From positions 757 through 64,756 of the forward strand of contig CAZJGG010000003.1 of NCBI GenBank assembly GCA_964545475.1: a stretch of DNA of 64,000 bases. The letters run 5' to 3'. This DNA comes from an uncultured Eubacteriales bacterium (GTDB lineage: Bacteria; Bacillota; Clostridia; Lachnospirales; JAISER01). Under the pieces are notes generated by a model, which saw only the letters and a program-made list of their open reading frames with translations, was not told the DNA's origin and ran no database searches. Below, piece by piece: positions 9,268-19,040 of this stretch; within the stretch, counting starts at the first letter, position 1, and each line of letters starts with the position of its first letter. Both the position numbers and the translations under genes were made by a program.

Positions 9268-9444
9268 TCAAATCCTGCCACCGGAAAGCATCATCATCAT
9301 AAGCATCATCATCATGGAATTATCGCCTCCGCCTCCGCCGCCACACATTCCCGGGTTCATCATCATCATCATTAAAAGCATCATCATCATATCGTTGCCA
9401 GGCGCTTGAGGAGGGCAGCCAATACCCATACCCATGTTATTCAT
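9268..9444 (-). CDS. 58-aa Met-rich, Gly/Cys-containing microprotein (not in supplied ORF track)
   Basis: Reverse strand: GGGAGG SD, 8-nt spacer, ATG at 9444; translation MNNMGMGIGCPPQAPGNDMMMMLLMMMMMNPGMCGGGGGGDNSMMMMLMMMMLSGGRI, stop TGA at 9268-9270. Confidence 0.65.
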   Translation of the reverse strand: MNNMGMGIGCPPQAPGNDMMMMLLMMMMMNPGMCGGGGGGDNSMMMMLMMMMLSGGRI

Positions 9445-9492
9445 AATTACAACCTCCCATAAAATATTAAAAAATACTAATTCTGAAGGTGA

Positions 9493-9532
9493 CCTCTAAA
9501 AACCTGCTTTGTTTGGATTTTCGAGGTTGCCT
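9493..9532. repeat. Fragment/deletion derivative of the dispersed hairpin repeat (copy D)
   Basis: cctctaaaaacc...ggattttcgaggttgcctg resembles the termini of the copy at 32238-32390. Confidence 0.4.
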
Positions 9533-9558
9533 GTATACAGAACCAGCCTTTTAATATT

Positions 9559-10818
9559 TTATGACATGGCATTTAAATGTTGCTTGTCTTTGTTTAAATA
9601 CTTGTAAATAATCCACGCATAGGCATAAACAGCGGAAACAAGGCTGTCCATGCTTATATGCTCGTTTTCTTGATGGGAAGAGTAAATTTCCCCAGGCCCA
9701 AAAATAACTGTAGTAATTTTGCCATATGCCTCTAAAAGCCCTGCATCGCTCCAAGAGGGATAATAATTATAGCGGGGTTTTTCGTTAAGCATATCTGTAA
9801 TGCCAAGGCAGACGGATTTTATAATGTCGCTGTCAAGGTTTGCGTTTAAAGGCTTGCGTTTTAAGCCGTTTTTAAGTTTTTTATGTAATTTATAGCTTAT
9901 TTTTACTTTTGGCTCTGATTCCAAAAAGGCCTCTATTATTGAATTAAGCTCTTCTAAAACCTCTTCTTCGCTTTCATCAGGTAAATATCGCCTTTCAAGA
10001 GTAATTACGCATTCCCCGGCAACAGTTGAAGAAAGACCGCCGCCGGAAATTCTGCTTATATTAAACGAACCCTTGCCAATAAGCGGATGTGTGGCATAGG
10101 CTATGCTCTCTTCAAGGCATTTCTCCATATATACAATAAATTTGGAAGCGGTGGAAATAGCGTTTATACCGTTTTCAGAAATTGCGCTATGAGTGGGAGA
10201 GCCTTCAATTTTAATATCAACAACAACAAGCCCACGCTGGGTTACACAAATATCAAAACCTGTAGGTTCTGCCACAATTGCGGCATCAATGTTTTTATTG
10301 TGTTCCAACAAATATGTAGTTCCTAAACTTCTATCTTTTTTGTCTATAACAGCGGAAAACAAAACATCTCCTGCAAGGTAAAGATTCATTTCTTTTACGG
10401 CAATTATGGCGCAAATCATTGTCGCAAGCTGGCCTTTCATATCTGTTGCGCCACGGCCGTATATATAGTCGTTATCTATAACAGGTTTTAGAGCACGGTT
10501 TGTGTCGCTTGGGGGCGCAGTATCCATATGCCCTGTTAAAAGCAATGTTTTTCCGCCGGTTTTCCCTTTTAGCCTGGCTGTAACGTTACATCTTCCGTCT
10601 TTAACTTCATGAAGCTCTGCAACTATGCCGTATTCCTCAAATAAAGACTTTATAAAAAGAGCACATTCTCTTTCCTGTTTTATAATCCCGGGATAGCTTG
10701 GTATTGCAATTAAATCTTTTACTATATCAAAAACAAGCGCTAATGGAATTGCTTTGTTTATTTTATTTCTGAAAATGGTTGGGGTTTGTTTCCACCTTAT
10801 GCTAACTTTATTTTCCAT
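9559..10818 (-). CDS. M20 family metallopeptidase (ArgE/DapE/ACY1-like)
   Basis: LLLTGHMDTAPPSD, YGRGATDMKGQLATMI, SPTHSAISENGINAI motifs. Confidence 0.88.
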   Translation of the reverse strand: MENKVSIRWKQTPTIFRNKINKAIPLALVFDIVKDLIAIPSYPGIIKQERECALFIKSLFEEYGIVAELHEVKDGRCNVTARLKGKTGGKTLLLTGHMDTAPPSDTNRALKPVIDNDYIYGRGATDMKGQLATMICAIIAVKEMNLYLAGDVLFSAVIDKKDRSLGTTYLLEHNKNIDAAIVAEPTGFDICVTQRGLVVVDIKIEGSPTHSAISENGINAISTASKFIVYMEKCLEESIAYATHPLIGKGSFNISRISGGGLSSTVAGECVITLERRYLPDESEEEVLEELNSIIEAFLESEPKVKISYKLHKKLKNGLKRKPLNANLDSDIIKSVCLGITDMLNEKPRYNYYPSWSDAGLLEAYGKITTVIFGPGEIYSSHQENEHISMDSLVSAVYAYAWIIYKYLNKDKQHLNAMS

Positions 10819-10871
10819 AAATATACCTCAAAATCTATCGTTATTAACAATTCAAAAACTATTATAATTTG

Positions 10872-10900
10872 AAAATTGCTTCGTATTACATTATAACAAC
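10872..10900 (+). promoter_or_regulatory. Predicted sigma-A promoter for ung
   Basis: TTGAAA - 17 nt - TATAAC. Confidence 0.5.
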
Positions 10901-10962
10901 AGGCTATGTACAATTCAAATAAAAAATAGTATTATTAAAATAAAACTCTAAAGGAGTAATAT

Positions 10963-11628
10963 ATGATACAAATATGTGAGGACTGGTCATCAAGGCTGTC
11001 AGAAGAATTTAATAAGGAATATTATTTAAAATTAAGAGAATTTCTTAAAAATGAATATAAAACAAGGCCCATATATCCCCCGGCAGAGGAGATTTATTCG
11101 GCTTTAAGGCTAACATCTTTTGAAAATACAAAGGTTGTTATTTTAGGACAAGACCCTTACATAAATAAAGGCGAAGCCCATGGTCTTGCGTTTTCTGTTA
11201 ATAAAGATATAAAAATACCTCCGTCCCTTAAAAACATATATAAAGAAATTGAACAAGACATTGGCTGTAAAAAACCTGACCACGGCTGCTTAACAGACTG
11301 GGCAAAACAAGGGGTTTTGCTTTTAAACACAACACTTACAGTTAGGGCAGGGCTTTCAAGGTCTCATTACGGGCAGGGCTGGGAGGTTTTTACAGACAAG
11401 GTAATAGAACTGTTAAATGAAAAAACAACCCCCATAGTTTTTATGCTTTGGGGGAAAAACGCACAAAACAAAGGGCATTTAATAACAAATGATAAGCACT
11501 TGGTTTTAACCGCCGCCCACCCAAGCCCTCTTGCAGGAGGGCGCTTTAATGGATGCAAGCATTTTTCAAAAGCAAACGCTTTTTTGGCGGAAAACGGAAT
11601 TCAACCCATTGAATGGCAAATATACTAA
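10963..11628 (+). CDS. ung: Uracil-DNA glycosylase
   Basis: VVILGQDPYINKGEAHGLAFSV and HPSPLAG motifs. Confidence 0.97.
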   Translation: MIQICEDWSSRLSEEFNKEYYLKLREFLKNEYKTRPIYPPAEEIYSALRLTSFENTKVVILGQDPYINKGEAHGLAFSVNKDIKIPPSLKNIYKEIEQDIGCKKPDHGCLTDWAKQGVLLLNTTLTVRAGLSRSHYGQGWEVFTDKVIELLNEKTTPIVFMLWGKNAQNKGHLITNDKHLVLTAAHPSPLAGGRFNGCKHFSKANAFLAENGIQPIEWQIY

Positions 11629-11630
11629 AA

Positions 11631-14600
11631 TTACATAAGTGTTAACTGCCTTGTTTCCGGTATTCCTTTAAAAACACCGTTTTTCTTTAAAAGTTCAATA
11701 ACGGTTTTATTTGTTTTAGTTCTTTCACGGAAATCTTCTATAGTGATAAATTCTCCGTCTTTTCTAGCTTCAACAATGTTTTGGGCAACACTGTCTCCAA
11801 GCCCGGAAATGGAGGATAAAGGCGGCATAAGTCCGTTGGGGGTTACGGTAAATTTTGTGGCTTGGGCTTCGTAAAGGTTTAATTCCGTAAACTTAAAGCC
11901 ACGTGTATACATTTCGTAAACAAGCTCCAAAACGGTGTAGGAAGCTTTGTCTTTAGCGGATGCTTCGTCTCCAAGAGAGCTAATCCGCCTCATTTCCAGC
12001 CGCAAAGTATCTATGCCGTGGCACATTGTTTCATAATTAAAATCTGAAACCTTAACGGAAAAAGTTGCGGCGTAAAAGCTGTAGGGGTGATATATTTTAT
12101 AATACCCAATTCTTACTGTCATCATAACGTAAGCAACGGCGTGACCTTTTGGGAACATATATTTAATTTTTTTGCAGGAATCAATGTACCATTCGTCAAC
12201 GTTTGCATTTCTCATAATTTCTTCCTGCTCCGCTGTAAGCCCTTTGCCTTTTCTAACAGATTCCATTATTTTAAAGGAATCTTTACGTGGAGCTCCTTTG
12301 TTTATTAAGTAAACCATAATATCGTCACGAGTTGGTATAATTTCTTTAAGAGTTGCAATGCCTTCCTTTACAAGCTCTTGGGCATTATTAATCCAAACGT
12401 CCGTTCCGTGGGAAAGCCCTGAAATACGTACAAGTTCCGCAAAAGTTGTGGGCTTAGTTTCCATTAGCATTCCTCTAACAAAGTGTGTGCCGAATTCTGG
12501 AAGCCCCAAAGTTCCTGTTTGGCAGTTTATTTCATTTAAGTTAACTCCCAAAGCTTCCGGGGACTGGAACAGAGAAATAATCCTTTTATCCCCTAAATCA
12601 ATGGTTTGTGGGTCTACGCCGGAAGTATCGTGAAGCATACGCACAATTGTTGGAACGTCGTGACCCAAAAGGTCAAGCTTTAACAGACGCCCCTCAATGG
12701 AGTGATAGTCAAAGTGTGTTGTTGTTATATTAGACGACGTATCGTTTGCCGGGCGTTGAACAGGGCAAAATTCATAAATGGAATGCCCTTTTGGTAAAAT
12801 AACAAGACCACCGGGGTGTTGCCCTGTTGTTTTTTTAATGCCAGAACAGCCGATTTTAAGCCTGTTTATTTCTGCCTGCCGTAAATTAAGCCCTTTTTCC
12901 TCTAAAAATTTCCGAACATAACCATAAGCCGTTTTTTCCGCAAGGGTGCTTATAGTGCCGGCTTTAAACACGTTTTCAGATCCAAAAAGAGATTCGGCGT
13001 ATTGATGGGCCTTAAGCTGATATTCCCCGGAAAAGTTAAGGTCAATATCTGGCTCTTTGTCGGCATCAAAGCCTAAAAAGGTTTCAAAAGGAATGTCGTG
13101 ACCGTCTTTGTGGAGAGGTTCACCGCAGTTTGGGCAGTTTTTGTCCGGCATATCGCAGCCGGAAGCCCCTGCAAACTGTTTAACAATATCCGAATCAAAA
13201 TCGGAATATTTACAGCTTTTGCAAACGTAGTGGGGGGAAAGAGGGTTAACCTCTGTAATTCCAGATAACGTGGCAACAAGGGACGAACCAACAGAGCCTC
13301 TTGAACCTACTAAATACCCGTCCTCCATTGATTTGGAAACAAGCTTTTGCGCCGCTATATACATAACGGAGAACCCGTTTTTAATAATAGAATCAAGCTC
13401 TCTATGAAGCCTTGCAGCAACAATTTCCGGCAAATTTTCGCTGTATACTGCTCTTGCTCTTTCCATTGTAAGCCGTTCAATTTCCTCTTTACAGCCGTCA
13501 ATATGGGGAGGGAACTTTCCGCTTGGAATAGGGGAGTAGTCTTCAAACATATCCGCTATTAAATTTGTATTTGTAACTACAACTTCTTTGGCAAGCGCTT
13601 CTCCTAAATATTCAAACTCTTTAAGCATTTCCTCTGTTGTGCGGTAATATAGAGGAGCTTGCAGGTGTGCATCGTTAAAGCCCTCTCCTGTCATAAGGAT
13701 TTGACGGAAAATAGCATCCTCCGGGTTTAAAAAGTGAACGTCGCATGTTGCAATAGCCAGCTTGTTATGGGCTTTTGCAAGATCTACAATCCGTTTGTTT
13801 ATGTTAATTAAATCCTGCATAGAGGAAACCTGACCGTCTCGTACTAAATACATGCAGTTAGGAATCGGCTGAATTTCATAATAATCATAAAAAGAAGCTA
13901 TGGAATTTATATATTGCTCTGGCTTGTTCTCTTTTATAGCTGTATAAAGCTCCCCGGCATCACACGCAGAGCCTAATATTAAACCCTCTTTAAGCCGAGA
14001 AAGCTCGCTTTTAGGTATTCTCGGGCGTTTAAAGAAATATTTTAAATGGGAAAGAGAAACAAGCTCGTAAAGGTGGTGTAGCCCTGTTAAATTTTTTGCA
14101 AAAATAATAGCGTGTTTGTGTTTAAGCTTGGATTTATCCATTTCGTTTGAAGCAATGGCGTTTATTTCCTCAATGTGGTTTACGCCTTTTTCTTGTAAAA
14201 TAGGCAAGCATTTAATAAATATTTCGGCTGTTGCCGCCGCATCGTCTACTGCTCTATGGTGGTTTAAAAGGGATACGCCTAAATGCCTTGCAACAACATC
14301 TAGCTTATGCTTATTAAGCCCCGGAAATAAAAGTCTGGAAAGCTCTAAGGTGTCCAAAACGGTGTTTGTTATGTAAATATTTTGGCGTTTTGCCGCATTT
14401 GTAACAAAGCCAACATCAAAAGAGGCGTTGTGAGCAACAAAAACACCGTCGCCAACAAAGCTTAAAAATTGAGGTAAAACATCAGTTATTGCAGGGGCGT
14501 TTTCCACCATTGCATTGGTTATGCCGGTTAAATCTGTAATTTTATCAGGTATGCGCCTTTTTGGGTTAACAAAAGTGCTGAACTTATCTGTTATAACTCC

Positions 14601-15950
14601 ATTTTCTAGCTTTACAGCCCCAATTTCAATAATTTCATCGGAGTTTTTTGAAAGCCCTGTTGTTTCAATGTCAAAAACAATAAAAGTGCTGTTAAGGGTT
14701 TGTCCTTTTGGGCTTTCAACAACAGAAGCTAAATCGTCAATAACATAGGCTTCAACGCCGTAGAGCACTTTAACGCCGTATTTTGCGGAAGCCGCCATAG
14801 CTTCAGGGTATGCCTGGGTAACGCCGTGGTCTGTAAGAGCAATTGCTCTATGCCCCCATGCCGCCGCACGCTCTAAATAATCGGAAATGGTGTTCATTCC
14901 ATCCATTGCGCTCATGTTTGTGTGCAAATGCAGTTCCACTCTTTTTTGCTCTGCATTATCCTGTCTTTTTAAAGATTTTTCCATTAGCGCAATTTCATTT
15001 GCCATTATGTTAAGTTCTTTTGAATATTCATCAAATTGAACTTTGCCTTTTACTTTTAAATATTTACCATTTTTAAGAATTGGTTTAAATTCATTAAATT
15101 TATCTGCTTTTGAAAAGAATTTTATTGTTATTGAGTCTGTGCCGTCTGTTATATCTGCTGTAACAAGTATGTTTCCGCTTTTTGTTTCCCTTGTCTCGCT
15201 GGAAATCACTTCACCGTTTACAATAATTTCAGAATCCTTTTCAAGTTTGTCGGAAAGCAAGACGCATTCGCCGTCAATGCTTTCAACAAGCTTTGTCTCT
15301 TTTCTTCCGCCACCTTTGCCAGAAAACTGCTTAAAGCCATCTTTTGGAGCAGGCTTAGGCGCTGGTTTTTGTATTTTAATGGGTAGGGCAGGTTCTTTTG
15401 GTATATCGTATGTAATATGTTCTTTTCTTTCCGTCTTTTTCTTTTTTTCACCGGGTTTGTATATAAAATCCACGTTTAGGCTTATTCCAAGGCGTTTTTC
15501 AATAAGTCCGCTTATAAGCTGGGGTATTCTTTTTCTAATAAATAAAAACTCATAGTTATAATTAATAGTAATTATAAGTTTGCTATTTTCTACAACCCAT
15601 TCAGAGGAGTTTAAAATTTTAGCGCACATATGGCTGGTATTGCTAACTTCGTGCAAAATGCTTTTCCAAATTAGGGATATAAGCTTTTTAGTGTCGCTTT
15701 CGCCAAAGTCGTAGCGCAAATGCACAGAAATATGCTCCATTTCGGGAAAGCTTTCTTTCATTTGGTTTTCAAGCTCCGTTAAATGTTTCTCGTCTAAAAC
15801 CTTGTTATGGCTTAAAAATAAGTCCATTGCTTTTTTTCCGGTACTTATTTTAAGGCTTGAAATTTCCGTCTGTTTAAAGCTGTCTTTTATATCATCAGTT
15901 AAATTGATTTTTTCAAAAACTTCGCAAAACTTTTTTAATTGTGCAGGCAT
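11631..15950 (-). CDS. polC: DNA polymerase III PolC-type alpha subunit
   Basis: 1439 aa with OB-fold, PHP (LHTNMSAMDGMN), DEDD exonuclease (FVVFDIETTGLSK-type) and polymerase (DKEPDIDLNFSGEYQ) motifs. Confidence 0.97.
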   Translation of the reverse strand: MPAQLKKFCEVFEKINLTDDIKDSFKQTEISSLKISTGKKAMDLFLSHNKVLDEKHLTELENQMKESFPEMEHISVHLRYDFGESDTKKLISLIWKSILHEVSNTSHMCAKILNSSEWVVENSKLIITINYNYEFLFIRKRIPQLISGLIEKRLGISLNVDFIYKPGEKKKKTERKEHITYDIPKEPALPIKIQKPAPKPAPKDGFKQFSGKGGGRKETKLVESIDGECVLLSDKLEKDSEIIVNGEVISSETRETKSGNILVTADITDGTDSITIKFFSKADKFNEFKPILKNGKYLKVKGKVQFDEYSKELNIMANEIALMEKSLKRQDNAEQKRVELHLHTNMSAMDGMNTISDYLERAAAWGHRAIALTDHGVTQAYPEAMAASAKYGVKVLYGVEAYVIDDLASVVESPKGQTLNSTFIVFDIETTGLSKNSDEIIEIGAVKLENGVITDKFSTFVNPKRRIPDKITDLTGITNAMVENAPAITDVLPQFLSFVGDGVFVAHNASFDVGFVTNAAKRQNIYITNTVLDTLELSRLLFPGLNKHKLDVVARHLGVSLLNHHRAVDDAAATAEIFIKCLPILQEKGVNHIEEINAIASNEMDKSKLKHKHAIIFAKNLTGLHHLYELVSLSHLKYFFKRPRIPKSELSRLKEGLILGSACDAGELYTAIKENKPEQYINSIASFYDYYEIQPIPNCMYLVRDGQVSSMQDLININKRIVDLAKAHNKLAIATCDVHFLNPEDAIFRQILMTGEGFNDAHLQAPLYYRTTEEMLKEFEYLGEALAKEVVVTNTNLIADMFEDYSPIPSGKFPPHIDGCKEEIERLTMERARAVYSENLPEIVAARLHRELDSIIKNGFSVMYIAAQKLVSKSMEDGYLVGSRGSVGSSLVATLSGITEVNPLSPHYVCKSCKYSDFDSDIVKQFAGASGCDMPDKNCPNCGEPLHKDGHDIPFETFLGFDADKEPDIDLNFSGEYQLKAHQYAESLFGSENVFKAGTISTLAEKTAYGYVRKFLEEKGLNLRQAEINRLKIGCSGIKKTTGQHPGGLVILPKGHSIYEFCPVQRPANDTSSNITTTHFDYHSIEGRLLKLDLLGHDVPTIVRMLHDTSGVDPQTIDLGDKRIISLFQSPEALGVNLNEINCQTGTLGLPEFGTHFVRGMLMETKPTTFAELVRISGLSHGTDVWINNAQELVKEGIATLKEIIPTRDDIMVYLINKGAPRKDSFKIMESVRKGKGLTAEQEEIMRNANVDEWYIDSCKKIKYMFPKGHAVAYVMMTVRIGYYKIYHPYSFYAATFSVKVSDFNYETMCHGIDTLRLEMRRISSLGDEASAKDKASYTVLELVYEMYTRGFKFTELNLYEAQATKFTVTPNGLMPPLSSISGLGDSVAQNIVEARKDGEFITIEDFRERTKTNKTVIELLKKNGVFKGIPETRQLTLM

Positions 15951-15965
15951 TAAATCATACTTTCT

Positions 15966-17021
15966 TTAGAATTTTATTATTTCTTCCATAAGCCTGTCAA
16001 GCATCTCGCTTTCAGATACTTTAGCAATTATTTCACCTTTTCTAAATATAAGACCACAGCCTTTGCCGCCGGCTATGCCAATGTCCGCTTCTTTGCCCTC
16101 GCCAACGCCGTTTACAACACAACCCATAATGGCTACGGTAATATCTTTATCAATACCTTTGCATTTTTCCTCCACCTTTGTTGCAAGCTTTATTAAGTCA
16201 ATTTCCGTCCGCCCACATGTTGGGCATGATATAAATTCTATTCCAAACTTTCTTAAATTAAGGGCTTTTAATATTTCTTTGGCACAACTTATTTCTTCAA
16301 CTGGGTTAGCTGTAAGAGAAACTCTTATAGTATCTCCTATTCCTTGGGCAAGAATCGCCCCAAGCCCTACGGAAGATTTTATTGCTCCCGAATAAGCTGT
16401 TCCGGCTTCTGTTATGCCTAAATGGAGGGGATAGTTTGTTTTTTCTGCAATGTTTAAATAACTTTCAATGCAAAAAGGAACGTTTGAAGCCTTTAACGAA
16501 ATAACAATTTCGTAAAAATCAAGCTCTTCTAAAATAGCAACGTGTCTAAGGGCACTTTCTACAATTCCTTGTGATGTAACGCCTTTGTATTTTTCAACTA
16601 AATCCTTTTCAAGAGAGCCGGAATTTACCCCGATTCTTATTGGAACATTTTTTTCTTTAGCAAGCTTTACAACTTCTTGAACTTTCCATTTTTCACCGAT
16701 ATTTCCGGGGTTTAAGCGCAGCTTGTCCGCTCCGTTTTTAATTGCTTCAATTGCAAGTTTGTAATCAAAATGAATGTCTGCCACAAGGGGTATATTTATG
16801 TCCTTTTTAATTTCCGTAATGGCTTCGGCACTTGCCTTGTCTTTACAGGAAACACGTACAATTTCGCAGCCCTCGTTTTCCAAAGCTTTAATTTGGGAAA
16901 CTGTAGCAGATATGTTTGCAGTATCTGTATTTGTCATGGATTGTATAAGAATGGGGTTTGTCCCACCAATTTTTTTATTGCCAATAATAATTTCTTTTGT
17001 AATTTTTCTGTTTTTCAGCAT
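15966..17021 (-). CDS. ispG: Flavodoxin-dependent (E)-4-hydroxy-3-methylbut-2-enyl-diphosphate synthase
   Basis: NPILIQSMTNTDTANI, LRLNPGNIG and ISCPTCGRTEID motifs. Confidence 0.96.
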   Translation of the reverse strand: MLKNRKITKEIIIGNKKIGGTNPILIQSMTNTDTANISATVSQIKALENEGCEIVRVSCKDKASAEAITEIKKDINIPLVADIHFDYKLAIEAIKNGADKLRLNPGNIGEKWKVQEVVKLAKEKNVPIRIGVNSGSLEKDLVEKYKGVTSQGIVESALRHVAILEELDFYEIVISLKASNVPFCIESYLNIAEKTNYPLHLGITEAGTAYSGAIKSSVGLGAILAQGIGDTIRVSLTANPVEEISCAKEILKALNLRKFGIEFISCPTCGRTEIDLIKLATKVEEKCKGIDKDITVAIMGCVVNGVGEGKEADIGIAGGKGCGLIFRKGEIIAKVSESEMLDRLMEEIIKF

Positions 17022-17093
17022 AAAAATCCCCTTTATTTGGAAAAATATATATGAGATTTAATAAACACGTCCTTTTAAGGAGGCAAGGCTTTA

Positions 17094-17984
17094 ATGAAAC
17101 ACTTTTACGGAACGAATAAAAAATCTACTTATTTTGAGGGCTGGTACTTTAAACAGCACAACCATGAAAATATGCTTGCGCTTATTCCCGGCATAAGTAT
17201 AAACGGAGATGGCTCTAAAAAGGCTTTTATACAGTTTATCACAAATACTGGTTCTTTTCAAATAAATTTCCCCTATGAAGACTTTCATGCGGAAACAAAA
17301 AGATTGTTTGTCAGAGTAGACAAATCGTATTTTTCTCCTGAGGGCATTTATTTGGATATTCAAAGACCAAACTTAGAAATACACGGTCAGTTAAACTTTA
17401 AAAATATAACGCCGCTAAAATACAGTGCTATGGGTGTTTTTTCTATGTTTAAGTTTATGGAATGTAACCATGATGTTTTAAGCCTTAACCATGAAGTTGA
17501 CGGCGTTGTTAACATAAACGGAAAAAACCTCGATTTTTCAAACTCTAGAGGTTATATAGAAAAGGACTATGGCAAAAGTTTCCCTAAGAAATACATTTGG
17601 CTTCAATGCAACGGCTTTGAAGAGAAAAACGTTTCCATAATGGTGTCCGTTGCTACAATTCCTTTTATGGCTACTGAATTTACTGGGTTAATAAGTATAG
17701 TTTATTATAGAGGTAAACAATATAGAATTGCAACTTATAACGGTGGCGCTCCTATTGTTGTAAACAATAACAAAATGATTGTTAAAAATAATAACTATAT
17801 GTTAAGGGTGAACTGGCCGGAAAACATTGCTTATGGCTTGTCCGCCCCGGTTAAAGGCGAAATGTCCAGAACAATTAATGAATGCCCGATAGGAGAAGCT
17901 AAGTTTACATTTTATAAGAAAAACAAAGAAATATTTACATTATCAAGCGATAAAGCAAGTATTGAAACTGTTGACTTTTTTTAG
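17094..17984 (+). CDS. Tocopherol cyclase-like family protein
   Basis: YFEGWYFKQ at the N-terminus, GYIEKDYGKSFPKKYIWLQCN. Confidence 0.8.
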   Translation: MKHFYGTNKKSTYFEGWYFKQHNHENMLALIPGISINGDGSKKAFIQFITNTGSFQINFPYEDFHAETKRLFVRVDKSYFSPEGIYLDIQRPNLEIHGQLNFKNITPLKYSAMGVFSMFKFMECNHDVLSLNHEVDGVVNINGKNLDFSNSRGYIEKDYGKSFPKKYIWLQCNGFEEKNVSIMVSVATIPFMATEFTGLISIVYYRGKQYRIATYNGGAPIVVNNNKMIVKNNNYMLRVNWPENIAYGLSAPVKGEMSRTINECPIGEAKFTFYKKNKEIFTLSSDKASIETVDFF

Positions 17985-18005
17985 TTTAATTTGCAATAGT
18001 GCTAC

Positions 18006-18890
18006 TTAAAGGCATAATAAAATAATAGACAAAAGCCCAGTTGTAAGCCCTGCAATTTTTGCTTTAGTGGGCTTATCTTTATAGACAGCAAATGAAAAAA
18101 TTGTGGCGGTGACTACAACTCCTCCGTTTAAAACAGGGTAATAAACGAAAGAGGGCAAAACCCCTGCTAAAAATAAGCCCAAGACGCTGGAAAAGCCGGA
18201 ATCTACACCGTGGGCAATAAATATTGCAAAAAACTTCTTATCTTTTAAATTTGAAATTACAGCTTTATTTTTTATTAAGTCAATAACAAGCAAAATTATG
18301 GCAACAATAATTGCAACGCCAAAAGTTATAGCCATAAATTCCCTCATATATTTGCCGGGGGTTATAACTTGCTGCATTTTGCTTGTTACCATAATTAAGC
18401 CATAACCGAAAAAAGCCCCTATAGAATAAATAAGCCATTTCAGGCTTTTTTTCTTTTCGCCGCCTTCATTTGAAATACTGCCTAAATAAAACGTTATGAG
18501 CAAAAGCATAAGCCCAACTATTTGTATTATTTTCATTTTTTCTCCCCATACCATTATGCCGTAAAAAACAGGTATTACAATTGAGGAAGAAAAAACAAGG
18601 GTAGTAAAAGCAAATGGCCCTACTTCAAAAGCCTTTGTATAAAGCAAAAAGCTTATTGTATATAAAACTCCTTGAAAGATTGCAACTTGAATGGTTTTAA
18701 TGGGTATGCCGGAAAAGTTTGAACCTGCTAAAAAAATTAAAAACGCTATAAACATGTAACCTATTGTATAAATATAATAGCTTGAAAGGTTAATCATGAA
18801 GCGTTTATTAAATTCTTTCAAAAAAACGTTTTGAATGCTTACTAAAAGTACAGAAGTTATTGTTAATAATGTAACCATATCCAACCCCAT
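18006..18890 (-). CDS. EamA/DMT-superfamily transporter
   Basis: Ten hydrophobic segments, DMT-like architecture (MVWGEKMKIIQIVGLMLLLITFYL). Confidence 0.75.
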   Translation of the reverse strand: MGLDMVTLLTITSVLLVSIQNVFLKEFNKRFMINLSSYYIYTIGYMFIAFLIFLAGSNFSGIPIKTIQVAIFQGVLYTISFLLYTKAFEVGPFAFTTLVFSSSIVIPVFYGIMVWGEKMKIIQIVGLMLLLITFYLGSISNEGGEKKKSLKWLIYSIGAFFGYGLIMVTSKMQQVITPGKYMREFMAITFGVAIIVAIILLVIDLIKNKAVISNLKDKKFFAIFIAHGVDSGFSSVLGLFLAGVLPSFVYYPVLNGGVVVTATIFSFAVYKDKPTKAKIAGLTTGLLSIILLCL

Positions 18891-18971
18891 TTTTGTGAAA
18901 TATCCACCATTTTATAGCGATTTTTTCTAGTTGTCAATTTAAATAACCACTGATTAATTTATAATATTGTA

Positions 18972-19000
18972 TTGTTAAAACATGTAAATGGTACTATAAT
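18972..19000 (+). promoter_or_regulatory. Predicted sigma-A promoter for the phospho-sugar mutase
   Basis: TTGTTA - 17 nt - TATAAT. Confidence 0.5.
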
Positions 19001-19040
19001 GTAATGGTAATGGTGTAAAATTATTTTTTGAGGTGATGTT

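Noticed and set aside
9061-9375. His-rich plus-strand ORF as a metal-binding protein
   Set aside because: It is the antisense reading of the SD-led Met-rich ORF; the N-terminal half runs through intergenic hairpins.
15043-15555. 170-aa plus-strand ORF and the other plus-strand ORFs inside 11631-15950
   Set aside because: Antisense to polC, with compositional shadows and no SD or motif.
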